DNA of 64,000 bases from Candidatus Zixiibacteriota bacterium (lineage in GTDB: Bacteria > Zixibacteria > MSB-5A5 > UBA10806 > 4484-95): NCBI GenBank assembly GCA_037441845.1, contig JBBIRK010000003.1, positions 256,001-320,000 on the forward strand, given 5' to 3'. A program made the translations under genes and the position numbers. This document shows, one piece after another, positions 8,789 through 18,848 of this stretch. Every line of letters begins with the position of its first letter. Position 1 is the first letter of the stretch. The notes beneath the pieces were generated by a model. The model was given only the letters and a program-made list of their open reading frames with translations. It was not told where the DNA came from and ran no database searches.

Positions 8789-9361
8789 ATGAAAATCGTT
8801 TTGGTTGTTTTTTCGGCGATAATTTATCTGACCGCTACGCCGTTGGCCAATGAGGCCAAACAGCGTTCGCTTTTCACCGATGTCAAGGCTCATAAGGTCG
8901 GCGATCTGATCACGGTATTGATCGTGGAGGATTCGCGGGCGGCTAACAAAGCTAAGACCAGCACCCAGAAAAAGACCGACGCCAGCACATCGGGAAGCGC
9001 CGGAATCGGACCGCTCGACTTCATTCCGGCCTGGGGAGCCTCGGGCGGTGACGAGATTCAATTCGACGGCCAAGGGCAGACGGAAAAAGCCGGTTTGATC
9101 AGGGCCAAAATGACCGTGTCGGTGATTCATATTCGGGAGAACGGGGACCTGGTAATCGAGGGAACGCGCGCGGTTACGATAAACGATGAGCAGGAGCTGC
9201 TGTTTCTATCCGGCGTCGTCAGATCCAGAGATATTTCGCAGGATAATACGATTTATTCTTATCAAATAGCCGATGCCCAGATATCGACCAAAAGCAAAGG
9301 CGGCATCACCGAAGGACATCGGCCGGGAATTTTCACCCGCCTTCTGAACTGGCTGTTTTGA
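8789..9361 (+). CDS. flgH: Flagellar L-ring protein FlgH
   Basis: SLFTDVKAHKVGDLITV, NGDLVIEG, SGVVR.RDI..DNTI.S.QIADA; start placed at ATG 8789 after GGAGG. Confidence 0.92.
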   Translation: MKIVLVVFSAIIYLTATPLANEAKQRSLFTDVKAHKVGDLITVLIVEDSRAANKAKTSTQKKTDASTSGSAGIGPLDFIPAWGASGGDEIQFDGQGQTEKAGLIRAKMTVSVIHIRENGDLVIEGTRAVTINDEQELLFLSGVVRSRDISQDNTIYSYQIADAQISTKSKGGITEGHRPGIFTRLLNWLF

Positions 9362-9362
9362 C

Positions 9363-10463
9363 ATGAAAAAGATAATCTGTGCATTCTTGATTCTTGTTGC
9401 GGCGGCATCAGCCGCGGGGGTGACGGTCCGGGTCAAGGATATCGCCCAATTTCAAGCTGATAATAGGATACCTTTGATCGGTTATGGGCTGGTCGTCGGT
9501 CTTGATGGCACCGGCGATTCGAAAGGAACTCAGTTCACGATCCAATCGCTGGTCAATATGATGGAACGTCTTGGGGTAACGGTCGAGAAAAATCAGGTCA
9601 AGGTCAAGAATGTCGCCGCGGTGATGGTGACCGCCGAATTGGCCAGCCACATGTCGGTCGGCACGCGATTCGACGTCACCGTATCGTCGCTCGGAGACGC
9701 ATCGTCGTTACAGGGCGGCACGCTGCTATACACTCCGTTGGCGGATGCGGCCGGCGTCGTCTATGGTTCGGCCCAAGGTGCCGTATCGATCGGCGGATTC
9801 AACGTCAGCACGGGCGGGGGAGATAAGTTTATCAATAATTATACGCTCGTGGGCAGAGTGCCCGGAGGCGGCCTGATCGACAGGCAATTGGGTCTATCGG
9901 AGCCATCGAAAAAACTGAGACTGCGCCTGACAATCCCGGATTACACTACGATCAGCCGTCTGCAGGATAAGTTGCGGCTGCAATATCCTCAGCTTTCCCC
10001 ACAGGCGCTCGATGAGGCCAATATCGAGCTTACATTGCCCGATACGGGCAAATACGCCGGTTCCCCGGTGAACCTGATCGCCGAAATCGAAAATATGAAT
10101 ATCGAGCCGGACATATCGGCCCGGGTCGTTATTAACGAGAAGACCGGGACGATCGTCGCTGGCGAGCACGTAACCATCTCTTCGGTGATGCTGGCCCATG
10201 GCAATCTCAATATCGAAATTCAAGCGACGCCGCTGGTTTCGCAGCCGGAATCATTTTCGCAGGGGAAGACGGTGTTGACCCGCGATCAGCAATTGACGGT
10301 TCAGCCGGAAACGGCGCGGATCATGCATATTGAACAACAGGCTAATATAGGAGATCTGGCAAAAGCGCTCAACGATATCGGAGCGACGCCCCGGGACATT
10401 ATCGCCATATTTCAGGCCCTAAAGGCCGCCGGGTCGCTCAGAGCTGAATTGGTGATCATGTAG
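9363..10463 (+). CDS. flgI: Flagellar P-ring protein FlgI
   Basis: LIGYGLVVGLDGTGD, KNVAAVMVTA, SLQGGTLL.TPL, ALKAAGSLRAEL. Confidence 0.97.
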   Translation: MKKIICAFLILVAAASAAGVTVRVKDIAQFQADNRIPLIGYGLVVGLDGTGDSKGTQFTIQSLVNMMERLGVTVEKNQVKVKNVAAVMVTAELASHMSVGTRFDVTVSSLGDASSLQGGTLLYTPLADAAGVVYGSAQGAVSIGGFNVSTGGGDKFINNYTLVGRVPGGGLIDRQLGLSEPSKKLRLRLTIPDYTTISRLQDKLRLQYPQLSPQALDEANIELTLPDTGKYAGSPVNLIAEIENMNIEPDISARVVINEKTGTIVAGEHVTISSVMLAHGNLNIEIQATPLVSQPESFSQGKTVLTRDQQLTVQPETARIMHIEQQANIGDLAKALNDIGATPRDIIAIFQALKAAGSLRAELVIM

Positions 10464-10470
10464 GCGGGTT

Positions 10471-11382
10471 ATGGGCGATATTTCAATTAATAAAAGCGCC
10501 GCATCACTAAATGCCATCAAAGGCGCAGCCGCCGAAACCGAAACGAAGCTTCTCAAGCTGAAGAAAGCATGCCAAGATTTCGAATCGATCTTCATCTACT
10601 ATATGCTCAAGACCATGCGGTCGGCCAGCGCCTCTTCGACACTTTTCGGTAAAGGCATGGGCGCTGAAATTTTCATGCAGATGTTCGACCAGGGATTGTC
10701 TGAGAAAATGGCCGCCTCGGGACAATTGGGAATATGGCAGAATCTTTACAATAAATATTCAGCCCACGTAGCTCCCAATAGGGAGAACGAACGAAACGCA
10801 AAGCCGACGACCACGGATATCATCGATTCGACATCCCGGCCGCCGATAACGATTCCTCCTTCGTCGGCGACAGGCGTCCCATCGACGCTTTCTGCCGCCA
10901 CTCCGCGACCAGTGGAAGAAGTTGCGCCCGAGCCGGATGCCAGCCGCGTGGCGATCGCCGAACAGTCGAAGCCATCGGCTTTGGAAGATTACGACAGCAT
11001 CATAATCGAGGCTGCGAAAAAACATGAGGTCGATCCGCATTTAATCCGGGCGGTGATAATGCAGGAATCGGGGGGAAACGCACAGGCGGTTTCCTCCAAG
11101 GGAGCCAAGGGATTGATGCAATTGATGGATGGCACCGCCGCGATGCTCGGAGTCACCGATCCTTTCGATGTCCGGCAAAATATTTTCGGCGGGGTGAAAT
11201 ATCTATCGTTGATGTTGAAAAAATTCGGCGGCGATATAAAGAAGGCCTTAGCGGCTTACAATGCCGGGCCGGGAGCGGTCGAAAAATACGGCGGCATTCC
11301 GCCCTATGAGCAAACACGGAAATATGTGACGGCGGTTGTGGAGCGCTTTTCCGGGTTATTTAATTCAAACAATTCCCGATAA
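10471..11382 (+). CDS. flgJ: FlgJ rod-binding domain fused to a GH23/SLT lytic transglycosylase
   Basis: N-terminal KLKKACQDFESIF..MLKTMR; Pro/Thr/Ser linker; C-terminal AVIMQESGG, GAKGLMQL, ALAAYNAGPG, GIPPYEQT..YV. Confidence 0.85.
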   Translation: MGDISINKSAASLNAIKGAAAETETKLLKLKKACQDFESIFIYYMLKTMRSASASSTLFGKGMGAEIFMQMFDQGLSEKMAASGQLGIWQNLYNKYSAHVAPNRENERNAKPTTTDIIDSTSRPPITIPPSSATGVPSTLSAATPRPVEEVAPEPDASRVAIAEQSKPSALEDYDSIIIEAAKKHEVDPHLIRAVIMQESGGNAQAVSSKGAKGLMQLMDGTAAMLGVTDPFDVRQNIFGGVKYLSLMLKKFGGDIKKALAAYNAGPGAVEKYGGIPPYEQTRKYVTAVVERFSGLFNSNNSR

Positions 11383-11391
11383 TCATTAACG

Positions 11392-11892
11392 ATGGAAACG
11401 ATGGACGACTCCACGAAAAATCTGGCCGAAATTCTTGGCAGCGAACTCGAAATATTCGACAGGTTCCTGCGCCTGCTCGATGAACAGCATCGTTGCCTGA
11501 TAAAAAGCGATATCGAGGCCCTGAACAGAGTGAATTCCGAATTGGAAGGATTGTCCAATCAGGCCGACCAGTTCGAGTTCCGGCGTCAGGAGATCGCCAG
11601 AGAAGTCGCCTCAAGACTTAATATCGATGGCGACCGACCTAACCTGAACGGAATAATCGAAAAGCTCGATTCGCTTTCGCGAAATCGGTTGCAAGACTTG
11701 CGCAATTCAATTCTCGATGTTCACAAGAAAGTCGAGCAAAAAAGCCGCAGAAACAGATTCCTAATCGACAGGTCGCGAAATCTTATCGCGGAATCGATGC
11801 GACTTATAGCCGATAGGCCGGCACCTACTTATTCGAAAAATCCTGCGAACGCCAGAAACGGTGAGGGCGTCGTCCTGGATAGGTCGGCATAG
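11392..11892 (+). CDS. flgN: Flagellar export chaperone FlgN
   Basis: Helical 166-aa protein directly upstream of flgK, N..LI..S and TYS motifs near the C-terminus. Confidence 0.75.
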   Translation: METMDDSTKNLAEILGSELEIFDRFLRLLDEQHRCLIKSDIEALNRVNSELEGLSNQADQFEFRRQEIAREVASRLNIDGDRPNLNGIIEKLDSLSRNRLQDLRNSILDVHKKVEQKSRRNRFLIDRSRNLIAESMRLIADRPAPTYSKNPANARNGEGVVLDRSA

Positions 11893-11900
11893 GGAGCCAA

Positions 11901-13295
11901 ATGTACGGAATAAACGTAGGATTCGAAATCGGCAAGCGGGCGCTATTGGCGCAGCAGTATTCGCTCAATCTTACCGGCCATAACATTTCCAACGTAAACA
12001 CGCCGGGATTCACCAGGCAGCAATCGGTCATGACTTCGACTCAACCGTTCGTCGCCGCCAACGGCATTTTCGGTACGGGCGTGGATGTGGTGTCGGTCAG
12101 GCAGCTGCGATCGATATTCCTCGATAAACAATATCGTCAAGAGAGCCAGAATCTCGGCCGCTGGCAATCGTTGGCCAAAGGCTGGGGGCAGATTGAAACC
12201 ATCTATATGGAACCATCGGATACCGGTTTCGGCGCTGTGCTCGATAAATTTTGGAGCTCCTGGCAGGACCTGGCGGCAAACCCCGATGAGCGGGCGGCCA
12301 GAGTCGAAGTCCGTGAGCAGGCCGGCCGCCTGATCAATTCGTTGAAGCATTATTCCAAGCAATTGCGGGAATTCAGTACGGCAATCGATGATGATATTCA
12401 AAAAAGAGTCGAGGACATCAATAATATAGGCCGCCAATTGGCATCGCTGAATGAAGCGATCACCACTACCGAATTGACCGGGCATAGGGCCAATGACCTG
12501 CGCGATCGGCGAAACTATTTGATCGACGAATTATCGAATTACGTCAACGTCCAAGTAATCGAACAACCATCGGGGTCCTACACCGTGATGATCGGCTCGA
12601 TGGCACTGGTCGATCGCAACGAGGTTTCGGAACTCGAGACCACGGTTGTCGGTGAAGGCAGTGATGTGATTCATGAACTGCGTTTCAAGAATTCGCAGGT
12701 CAAACCGGAAATCACCAGGGGAGAGCTTTCCGGACTGATGGAGCTGAGGGATGAAGTTATAGCCGAAAGATTGGCTGAACTCGATGAAATGGCGGTTTCA
12801 CTTGCGCGCAGTGTCAATGAGATTCACCGTCTCGGATACGGCATCGATGGCGTCTCCGGCAGGGACTTTTTCGACCCGGCGACTACCGGAGCCGATGATA
12901 TCGAACTAGCCGAAAACATTCTTCGGGATACGTCGACGATCGCAGCTTCGGGCAATGGTGCGATAGGCGATAACGCCAACGCCCTGGCGATAGCCGCATT
13001 GCGCACGCAGCCGACTATGCGCAACGGAACGGCCAGCATCGGCGATTTTTACAATTCCGTGGTCGGTATCGTCGGAGTTCGCAGCCGTGAGGCTCAGAAT
13101 ATGCTGGAGAACCAGGAATCGCTCGTCGCTCATATCGAGGAAAATCGACAGGCGCTGATGGGGGTATCGCTTGACGAGGAATTGACCAACATGATTCGCT
13201 ACCAGCATGCTTACGAGGCGGCGGCAAGAGTTATCACAACCATGGATACGGCTTTGGATACGGTGATCAATAACATGGGTATCGTCGGACGCTGA
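11901..13295 (+). CDS. flgK: Hook-associated protein FlgK
   Basis: [44 protein letters not shown]. Confidence 0.97.
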   Translation: MYGINVGFEIGKRALLAQQYSLNLTGHNISNVNTPGFTRQQSVMTSTQPFVAANGIFGTGVDVVSVRQLRSIFLDKQYRQESQNLGRWQSLAKGWGQIETIYMEPSDTGFGAVLDKFWSSWQDLAANPDERAARVEVREQAGRLINSLKHYSKQLREFSTAIDDDIQKRVEDINNIGRQLASLNEAITTTELTGHRANDLRDRRNYLIDELSNYVNVQVIEQPSGSYTVMIGSMALVDRNEVSELETTVVGEGSDVIHELRFKNSQVKPEITRGELSGLMELRDEVIAERLAELDEMAVSLARSVNEIHRLGYGIDGVSGRDFFDPATTGADDIELAENILRDTSTIAASGNGAIGDNANALAIAALRTQPTMRNGTASIGDFYNSVVGIVGVRSREAQNMLENQESLVAHIEENRQALMGVSLDEELTNMIRYQHAYEAAARVITTMDTALDTVINNMGIVGR

Positions 13296-13321
13296 GCCGG
13301 CGACTGAAGACGGAGATTACG

Positions 13322-13579
13322 GTGCTGATCCTGACAAGGAAGTTGGGTGAATCAATCACGATCACCGAAAATATCAAAATAACCGTGCTGGGGATCGCCG
13401 GCAAACAGGTTAAGCTGGGCATATCGGCACCGGATAATGTTTCGGTTCACCGCGAGGAGATATTCAATAAAATAAAACAGGAAAATCTGCAGGCGCTGGC
13501 CGTCGTTCAAGATGATCTCAAGGAAGCGGCGCGGATTTTGAAGGCCAAGAAAACGGGTGGCAAATCTGCCAGGCAATGA
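13322..13579 (+). CDS. csrA: Carbon storage regulator CsrA (FliW-responsive type)
   Basis: [12 protein letters not shown]...[15 protein letters not shown]; Asn55 and C-terminal extension; GTG start. Confidence 0.96.
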   Translation: MLILTRKLGESITITENIKITVLGIAGKQVKLGISAPDNVSVHREEIFNKIKQENLQALAVVQDDLKEAARILKAKKTGGKSARQ

Positions 13580-13615
13580 GCAATAGCGAAAACAAAGTGA
13601 AAATCGGGCTGAAAA

Positions 13616-15535
13616 ATGAGGATAACGAATAAAATCATTACCGATCGGATCATCATGAATCTTGCCGGATCGGCGTCCCGTTTCCTCAAACTGCAAACGG
13701 CCTCGTCTTCGGGAAAAAGAATCAATCGTCCCTCCGACGATCCTCTCGGAATTATCAAAGACCTCGGATATCGATCGCGATTGTCCGATGTCAATCAATT
13801 TTACTTGAATATTTCTCATTCCAAATCGTGGCTGGCGTACGGAGACCAGGCGTTGAACGATATCAATGGCTTCATAGTGGAGGCCAAAGACCTGGCCACG
13901 CAGCTCGGCAACGACACTTACGACGAGAACGCGAGAATATCGGGCGCCACCCAGGCCCGCGAGCTGTTCGATCAAATCTTGAATGCGGCGAACACGCAGT
14001 ACAGAAATCGTTACATATTCGGCGGATCCAAGACCAATGTGCCGCCCATTCTGGCAACGGCCGCGGGGATCATTTATCAGGGCGATTACCGAGATATAAT
14101 GATGGAGATCGAAAACGGCTCCTATCTGAAAATAAATTCGTTCGCCAGGGATTTCATAACCAAGCCGGTGCTGACTCTCGGAGAAAATTTCGATCTCAAC
14201 CCCGGTATTCAACCGAACATGTGGTTGAGCGAATTGAACAACGGCGATGGAATCACCATGGGGAACGGGCAATTCGTAATAAATACATTGAACGGCAGCT
14301 ATACGATTGACGTTACGGCGGCGGTCAATATTCAGCACGTTCTTGACGCTATCAACGGGGCTGGAATATTCAATCTCACCGCCTCGATTTCAAGCAACGG
14401 CAACAGCCTGCAAATAGAAGATACATCGCCTCATCAGATCACTCTTGCGACGCCTTTGGCGATGCTGAACAAAGGAACCGGCGTATCTCAAGTTCCGGGC
14501 ACTTTCGTCATCCGCACTTCGGATGGCTCGCTTTCGGCGACGATCGATATTTCCGCGGCAGCGACCGTGGGAGATGTGATTACCGCGATCAACAACGGCC
14601 TTGCCGCTGCCGGAATTAACAACGTTACGGCCTCGATTCATCCTTCTGAAAACCGCCTGGTGATCACCGATAGCAACGCCACTTCCTACAATCTTGTGAT
14701 CGAGGAAGCCGGCGGCAACCAGAAGACGGCCGCCGATCTCGGTATTGCCGGTGAAATGGTGGGAGTGATGGAAGGCCAATTGCTCAATCCAATGCATATA
14801 AAGATAACTGAGTCGGCTGCCGGCCAAACCCTGGCCGCCGATCTCGGTCTTCTTAAAGAGACCGAATTCGAGGCCTTGATCGGAGGCGATTTGAATCCTC
14901 GCCTCAATTACTTCACGCTGTTATCGAGTCTGAACAACAACAGCGGTATTACGCTGGGCAAAATCAGAATAACCAACGGGCTCGAATCTACGGATATCGA
15001 TCTTTCGCCGCTCGGCACAGACCCCAATGCCACCATATTGGATTTAGTGGATATGATCAATCGATCTGGGATTGGAGTTTCGGCCTATATAAACCCCGGA
15101 CGCACCGGCATCATGGTCAGGTCCCGCTACGACGATCGATCGCTGATGATAACCGAAGCGGACAGCGGCCGCACGGCCTCGGCGTTGGGGATTTTCGGAT
15201 CACCGGATCTGCTCGGCAATATGAGGATACTGGAACAAGCGCTGATGCGCAATCGGACGGAAGAGATCAATTCCACGCTGAAGACTTTCGATCTGTCGCT
15301 TAGTCAGCTGCTTACCAATCGTTCGGAACTTGGGGCAAGGGAGATTACCGCCGATTCCGCACGCACGCGGATGGAAACTCAGGAGCTCGAAGTCACGCGG
15401 CAATTATCCGAGATCGAAGATGCCGATATATTGAAAGTGATCACCGATCTGGCCACCGCCGAGACGATTTATAAGACATCGCTTGCCTCGGCGGCCAGAA
15501 TAATTCAACCGTCGTTGCTCGATTTTCTACGGTGA
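13616..15535 (+). CDS. flgL: Hook-associated protein FlgL, enlarged (639 aa)
   Basis: MRIT, SSGKRINRPSDDP, RYIFGG.KT, LSEIEDAD, IQPSLLDFLR. Confidence 0.93.
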   Translation: MRITNKIITDRIIMNLAGSASRFLKLQTASSSGKRINRPSDDPLGIIKDLGYRSRLSDVNQFYLNISHSKSWLAYGDQALNDINGFIVEAKDLATQLGNDTYDENARISGATQARELFDQILNAANTQYRNRYIFGGSKTNVPPILATAAGIIYQGDYRDIMMEIENGSYLKINSFARDFITKPVLTLGENFDLNPGIQPNMWLSELNNGDGITMGNGQFVINTLNGSYTIDVTAAVNIQHVLDAINGAGIFNLTASISSNGNSLQIEDTSPHQITLATPLAMLNKGTGVSQVPGTFVIRTSDGSLSATIDISAAATVGDVITAINNGLAAAGINNVTASIHPSENRLVITDSNATSYNLVIEEAGGNQKTAADLGIAGEMVGVMEGQLLNPMHIKITESAAGQTLAADLGLLKETEFEALIGGDLNPRLNYFTLLSSLNNNSGITLGKIRITNGLESTDIDLSPLGTDPNATILDLVDMINRSGIGVSAYINPGRTGIMVRSRYDDRSLMITEADSGRTASALGIFGSPDLLGNMRILEQALMRNRTEEINSTLKTFDLSLSQLLTNRSELGAREITADSARTRMETQELEVTRQLSEIEDADILKVITDLATAETIYKTSLASAARIIQPSLLDFLR

Positions 15536-15547
15536 CGGAGGGATAAA

Positions 15548-16009
15548 GTGGCCGTTTTCACCAGTAACATTCTCGGTGAACTTGAATACAATAATAACGA
15601 CGTAATAACCTTCGTCAGGCCGATTCTCGGGTTCGAGCATTTGAAAAAATTTCTGGTCGTCGGCAAAGCGGAATCTGAACCGCTTCGATGGCTGCAAAGC
15701 TTGGACGATCCGGGGGTTAGTTTCGTGATATTGGAACCGCAATGGGTTCTTCCCGGCTACGAAATCGAAATCAGCCAGCATGATATCAAGACACTCGATG
15801 GCTCGGAAAATCAGGCCGATTATCAAACCTATCTGATTATCACCGTTCCCAGAGGCAAACCCGAGGAGATTTCGGCGAACCTGAAAGGGCCGTTGGTCAT
15901 CAATCGGAAAAATCTCCGGGCGATCCAAATGGTGTCAAGCAACCCGAATTATGAAATCCAATTCAAATTCGCGAAAATACAGGGAGCCGTCTCTGCCAGC
16001 GAACGATAA
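15548..16009 (+). CDS. fliW: Flagellar assembly factor FliW
   Basis: ILGFE.LKKF, WLQSLDDP..SF, ISANLKGPLVIN. Confidence 0.93.
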   Translation: MAVFTSNILGELEYNNNDVITFVRPILGFEHLKKFLVVGKAESEPLRWLQSLDDPGVSFVILEPQWVLPGYEIEISQHDIKTLDGSENQADYQTYLIITVPRGKPEEISANLKGPLVINRKNLRAIQMVSSNPNYEIQFKFAKIQGAVSASER

Positions 16010-16045
16010 TAATATCGCGCCGGCCATTTCCGCCGGCTCGATCAG

Positions 16046-16072
16046 TAAAGATTAATCGGGAAATTCCGAATA
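16046..16072 (+). promoter_or_regulatory. Putative sigma28 promoter of the glycosylation island
   Basis: TAAA-N15-TCCGAATA versus consensus TAAA-N15-GCCGATAA. Confidence 0.45.
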
Positions 16073-16155
16073 AATAAATACGAGAAGTTCCCGACGATTC
16101 GGAAGTACATCAGGAATTTAGTATCAGAACGATTTCGGTGCCCCAAGAGGTGAAG

Positions 16156-17853
16156 ATGAAAGACACGACGTTATCCGTGCCGAACAAATCGGAAATTATC
16201 GAGCTCGCCTCGGAGTCATATATCTCGGGGGATTACGCGCGCACGGTGGAAATTCTCAGCTCGTTTCTCAAGAATAATCCGGAGGAGGCCGAGGCGCTGC
16301 ATTTGCGGGGTACCGCGCTCGCCCGTAGCGGTGATTTTCTGGCCGCCGAAAATGATTTCAAATCGGTGATCAAAATTCAACCTGACCGGGCGGATGCCTA
16401 TTTCAATCTGGGTTTGATTTACACTCAGCAAGGCAGGCTCGACGAAGCGATCGAAAAGTTCGAAACCACTTTACGCTTGAAGCCGCTCGACGCCCAAGCC
16501 ATGAACGATCTTGGTGTGCTTTATTGCTCCAAAGGAAAAACGGATAAGGCCGAGGAATTATTCGCCGCAGCTCTGAAAATAAATCCGGCATTCAAGGACG
16601 CCTTTCTGAATATATTCGAGATCCTGTGGAGCCGAGATAAATACAACGATGCGTTGGAAATAGCCCATGATTATTTGAAGAAACTTTCCACCACGGTCGC
16701 AGAACGCAAGCCGGAAGAAAATCCGCCTGAATCGGCCATGGAAAACAAGCCTCCGACAAGAGACACAGCACCACCGCAGATTACGATTCGGAGGCACGAG
16801 CGAGCGCTGGACAGACTGACGGATAACGAAAGGAACGAACTGTTTTCCAAGCGAGTGCCCGAACATTTGCGCGGCAAGAAAACCGGAATGAACATCGCCG
16901 TGGTGGCCGATTTCAATATAGCCGGCCAGTTGACCGGGCTATTCCGCCTGATCAACGAAAAAACGATCCACCGCGCCCGCTGCATCATCATCCAGGATGA
17001 CTATCTTTCCTATGATTCCGATTTAGTGCTGTCGAAAGGCAAACAAGAGGACTTCGAAGAAGCCCTGCGCATTATCGGCAATGCCGATTTTTACCATGTG
17101 GGCAGGTTCCCTATAGCCAACGATAATTTTCCGCTGACGGATTATCTGCGCACGAACAACACTATAATCCAATATTTCGGGAGCGAGCTGAGATCAAACG
17201 GCTGGCAGATTTACAACTGGCACAAAAGCAACCGCATAGTGGGACTGGCCGCCTGGGACTACACCATGATCAAAGATGCGCCGTTTTTCTACCACGTAAA
17301 TATGATGTATGATTCATCCAGGGTAAAAAAGGCGCAACCGCCAGAGGGGACAATTCGCATCGCCCACCCGACCACCAATCGACAAATCAAGAAAACGGAG
17401 CTGTTCTTGAAAGCGGTGGATTCTCTTCGCCGGCAAGGTTATGACGTGGAGCCGGTGGTTATCGAGGGGAAAACCAATCAGGAATGCCTCGATCTGAAGG
17501 CGACCTGCCAGATGACTTTCGATCAGATTTCGGTGGGGATATACGGCGTCTCGGCGATCGAATCGATGGCGGCCGGGCACGTGGTTTTCGGGGGAATTTC
17601 CAATTTCGCCGCCAGCTATCATCCGGATAATCCGATCGTCTGGGTGACGGAAAGTAATCTCGCGGAGAAAATCAGATATTATCTCGACCACAAAGACGAG
17701 ATTATCGCGCGGGGAAAAGCCGGTATAGAGTGGGTGAAGAAAAACCATGATCCGGTGACTATACTGCGCCAGCACCTTTATCTTTACGATTTCGTGAAAA
17801 ACGGGCATCGGTTTATGCAGGATCCCGACGATCAATTATTGAGGCTTGCATGA
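16156..17853 (+). CDS. TPR-repeat protein with C-terminal GT-B (GT4-like) glycosyltransferase
   Basis: N-terminal TPRs (AYFNLG, AMNDLG); C-terminal IRIAHPT, FDQISVGIYGVSAIESMAAG; start ATG 16156 (GTG 16138 alternative). Confidence 0.75.
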   Translation: MKDTTLSVPNKSEIIELASESYISGDYARTVEILSSFLKNNPEEAEALHLRGTALARSGDFLAAENDFKSVIKIQPDRADAYFNLGLIYTQQGRLDEAIEKFETTLRLKPLDAQAMNDLGVLYCSKGKTDKAEELFAAALKINPAFKDAFLNIFEILWSRDKYNDALEIAHDYLKKLSTTVAERKPEENPPESAMENKPPTRDTAPPQITIRRHERALDRLTDNERNELFSKRVPEHLRGKKTGMNIAVVADFNIAGQLTGLFRLINEKTIHRARCIIIQDDYLSYDSDLVLSKGKQEDFEEALRIIGNADFYHVGRFPIANDNFPLTDYLRTNNTIIQYFGSELRSNGWQIYNWHKSNRIVGLAAWDYTMIKDAPFFYHVNMMYDSSRVKKAQPPEGTIRIAHPTTNRQIKKTELFLKAVDSLRRQGYDVEPVVIEGKTNQECLDLKATCQMTFDQISVGIYGVSAIESMAAGHVVFGGISNFAASYHPDNPIVWVTESNLAEKIRYYLDHKDEIIARGKAGIEWVKKNHDPVTILRQHLYLYDFVKNGHRFMQDPDDQLLRLA

Positions 17854-18848
17854 TCGAAGGAAAAAATATCTTTATAACCGGCGGGGCGGGGTTTATCGGG
17901 ACTGCGCTGATCGGTAGGCTGGTTCAGGCCAATCGGATTACGGTATATGACAATTTATCGCGGGACAGTTTGAAAGATTCCTATTTCAGGGATCACCGCA
18001 ATATCAAGCTGATTCAGGGCGATATCCTGGATTTCGATCATCTCCGATCCTGCATAGGCAAACCCGACATCATAATTCATCTGGCGGCGGTGGCTGGAAT
18101 TGACACGGTGATTAAGAGTCCGGTACAGACCATGAAAGTCAATCTTCTGGGCACGCTCAATATCCTCGAGGCCGCGGCGGGACTGGAGAGTCTCGATCGA
18201 TTGGCCAGCTTTTCGACATCCGAAGTTTTCGGTTCGTATGCCTATCGATCCGAGGAAAATGATAGCACCGCCTTGGGCGCGGTCGGCAATGCCCGCTGGA
18301 CCTACGCCGTAAGCAAGCTGGCCGGCGAACACCTTACTTACAGCTACTTTTCCGAAAGAGGCCTGCCGGTGGTCACGATCCGCCCCTTCAATATATATGG
18401 AGCAGGGCAAGTAGGCGAGGGAGCCGTGCATCATTTTATCACTCGGGCTCTGCAAAACCAAGATCTGATAATCCATGGCGACGGCGATCAAATAAGGTCT
18501 TGGTGTCATATCGATGATCTCGTCGATGGTGTCCTGCTGGCGCTCGAGAAAAAAGAGGCGATAGGGAACTGTTTCAATGTCGGCAACCCGAGAGGGACGA
18601 TCACCATAAACGGTTTGGCGCTGGCGGTGATCCGGGTAACCTACTCTAAGTCCAAAATAGTTTACATACCGAAAAATTACGCCGATGTGGAGTTGCGGAT
18701 TCCCAATATCGACAAAGCCAAAAAATTGCTTGGATTTCAACCCCAGATAGATCTTGAGGATGGATTGAGAAGAACGGCCACCTGGTATTATGGCAAAATC
18801 TTCGGCAATAAACCTTATCAGACCCAACCTGTCGAGACAGGCGTTTAA
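17850..18848 (+). CDS. NAD-dependent nucleotide-sugar epimerase/dehydratase
   Basis: ITGGAGFIG, HLAA, STSEVFG, YAVSK, RPFNIYG. Confidence 0.93.
   Translation: MIEGKNIFITGGAGFIGTALIGRLVQANRITVYDNLSRDSLKDSYFRDHRNIKLIQGDILDFDHLRSCIGKPDIIIHLAAVAGIDTVIKSPVQTMKVNLLGTLNILEAAAGLESLDRLASFSTSEVFGSYAYRSEENDSTALGAVGNARWTYAVSKLAGEHLTYSYFSERGLPVVTIRPFNIYGAGQVGEGAVHHFITRALQNQDLIIHGDGDQIRSWCHIDDLVDGVLLALEKKEAIGNCFNVGNPRGTITINGLALAVIRVTYSKSKIVYIPKNYADVELRIPNIDKAKKLLGFQPQIDLEDGLRRTATWYYGKIFGNKPYQTQPVETGV

Noticed and set aside
13352..14338. Other long antisense ORFs (also 17955..18827, 20846..21673, 31946..32638, 41107..42057)
   Set aside because: Each lies opposite well-supported genes and has no motifs of its own
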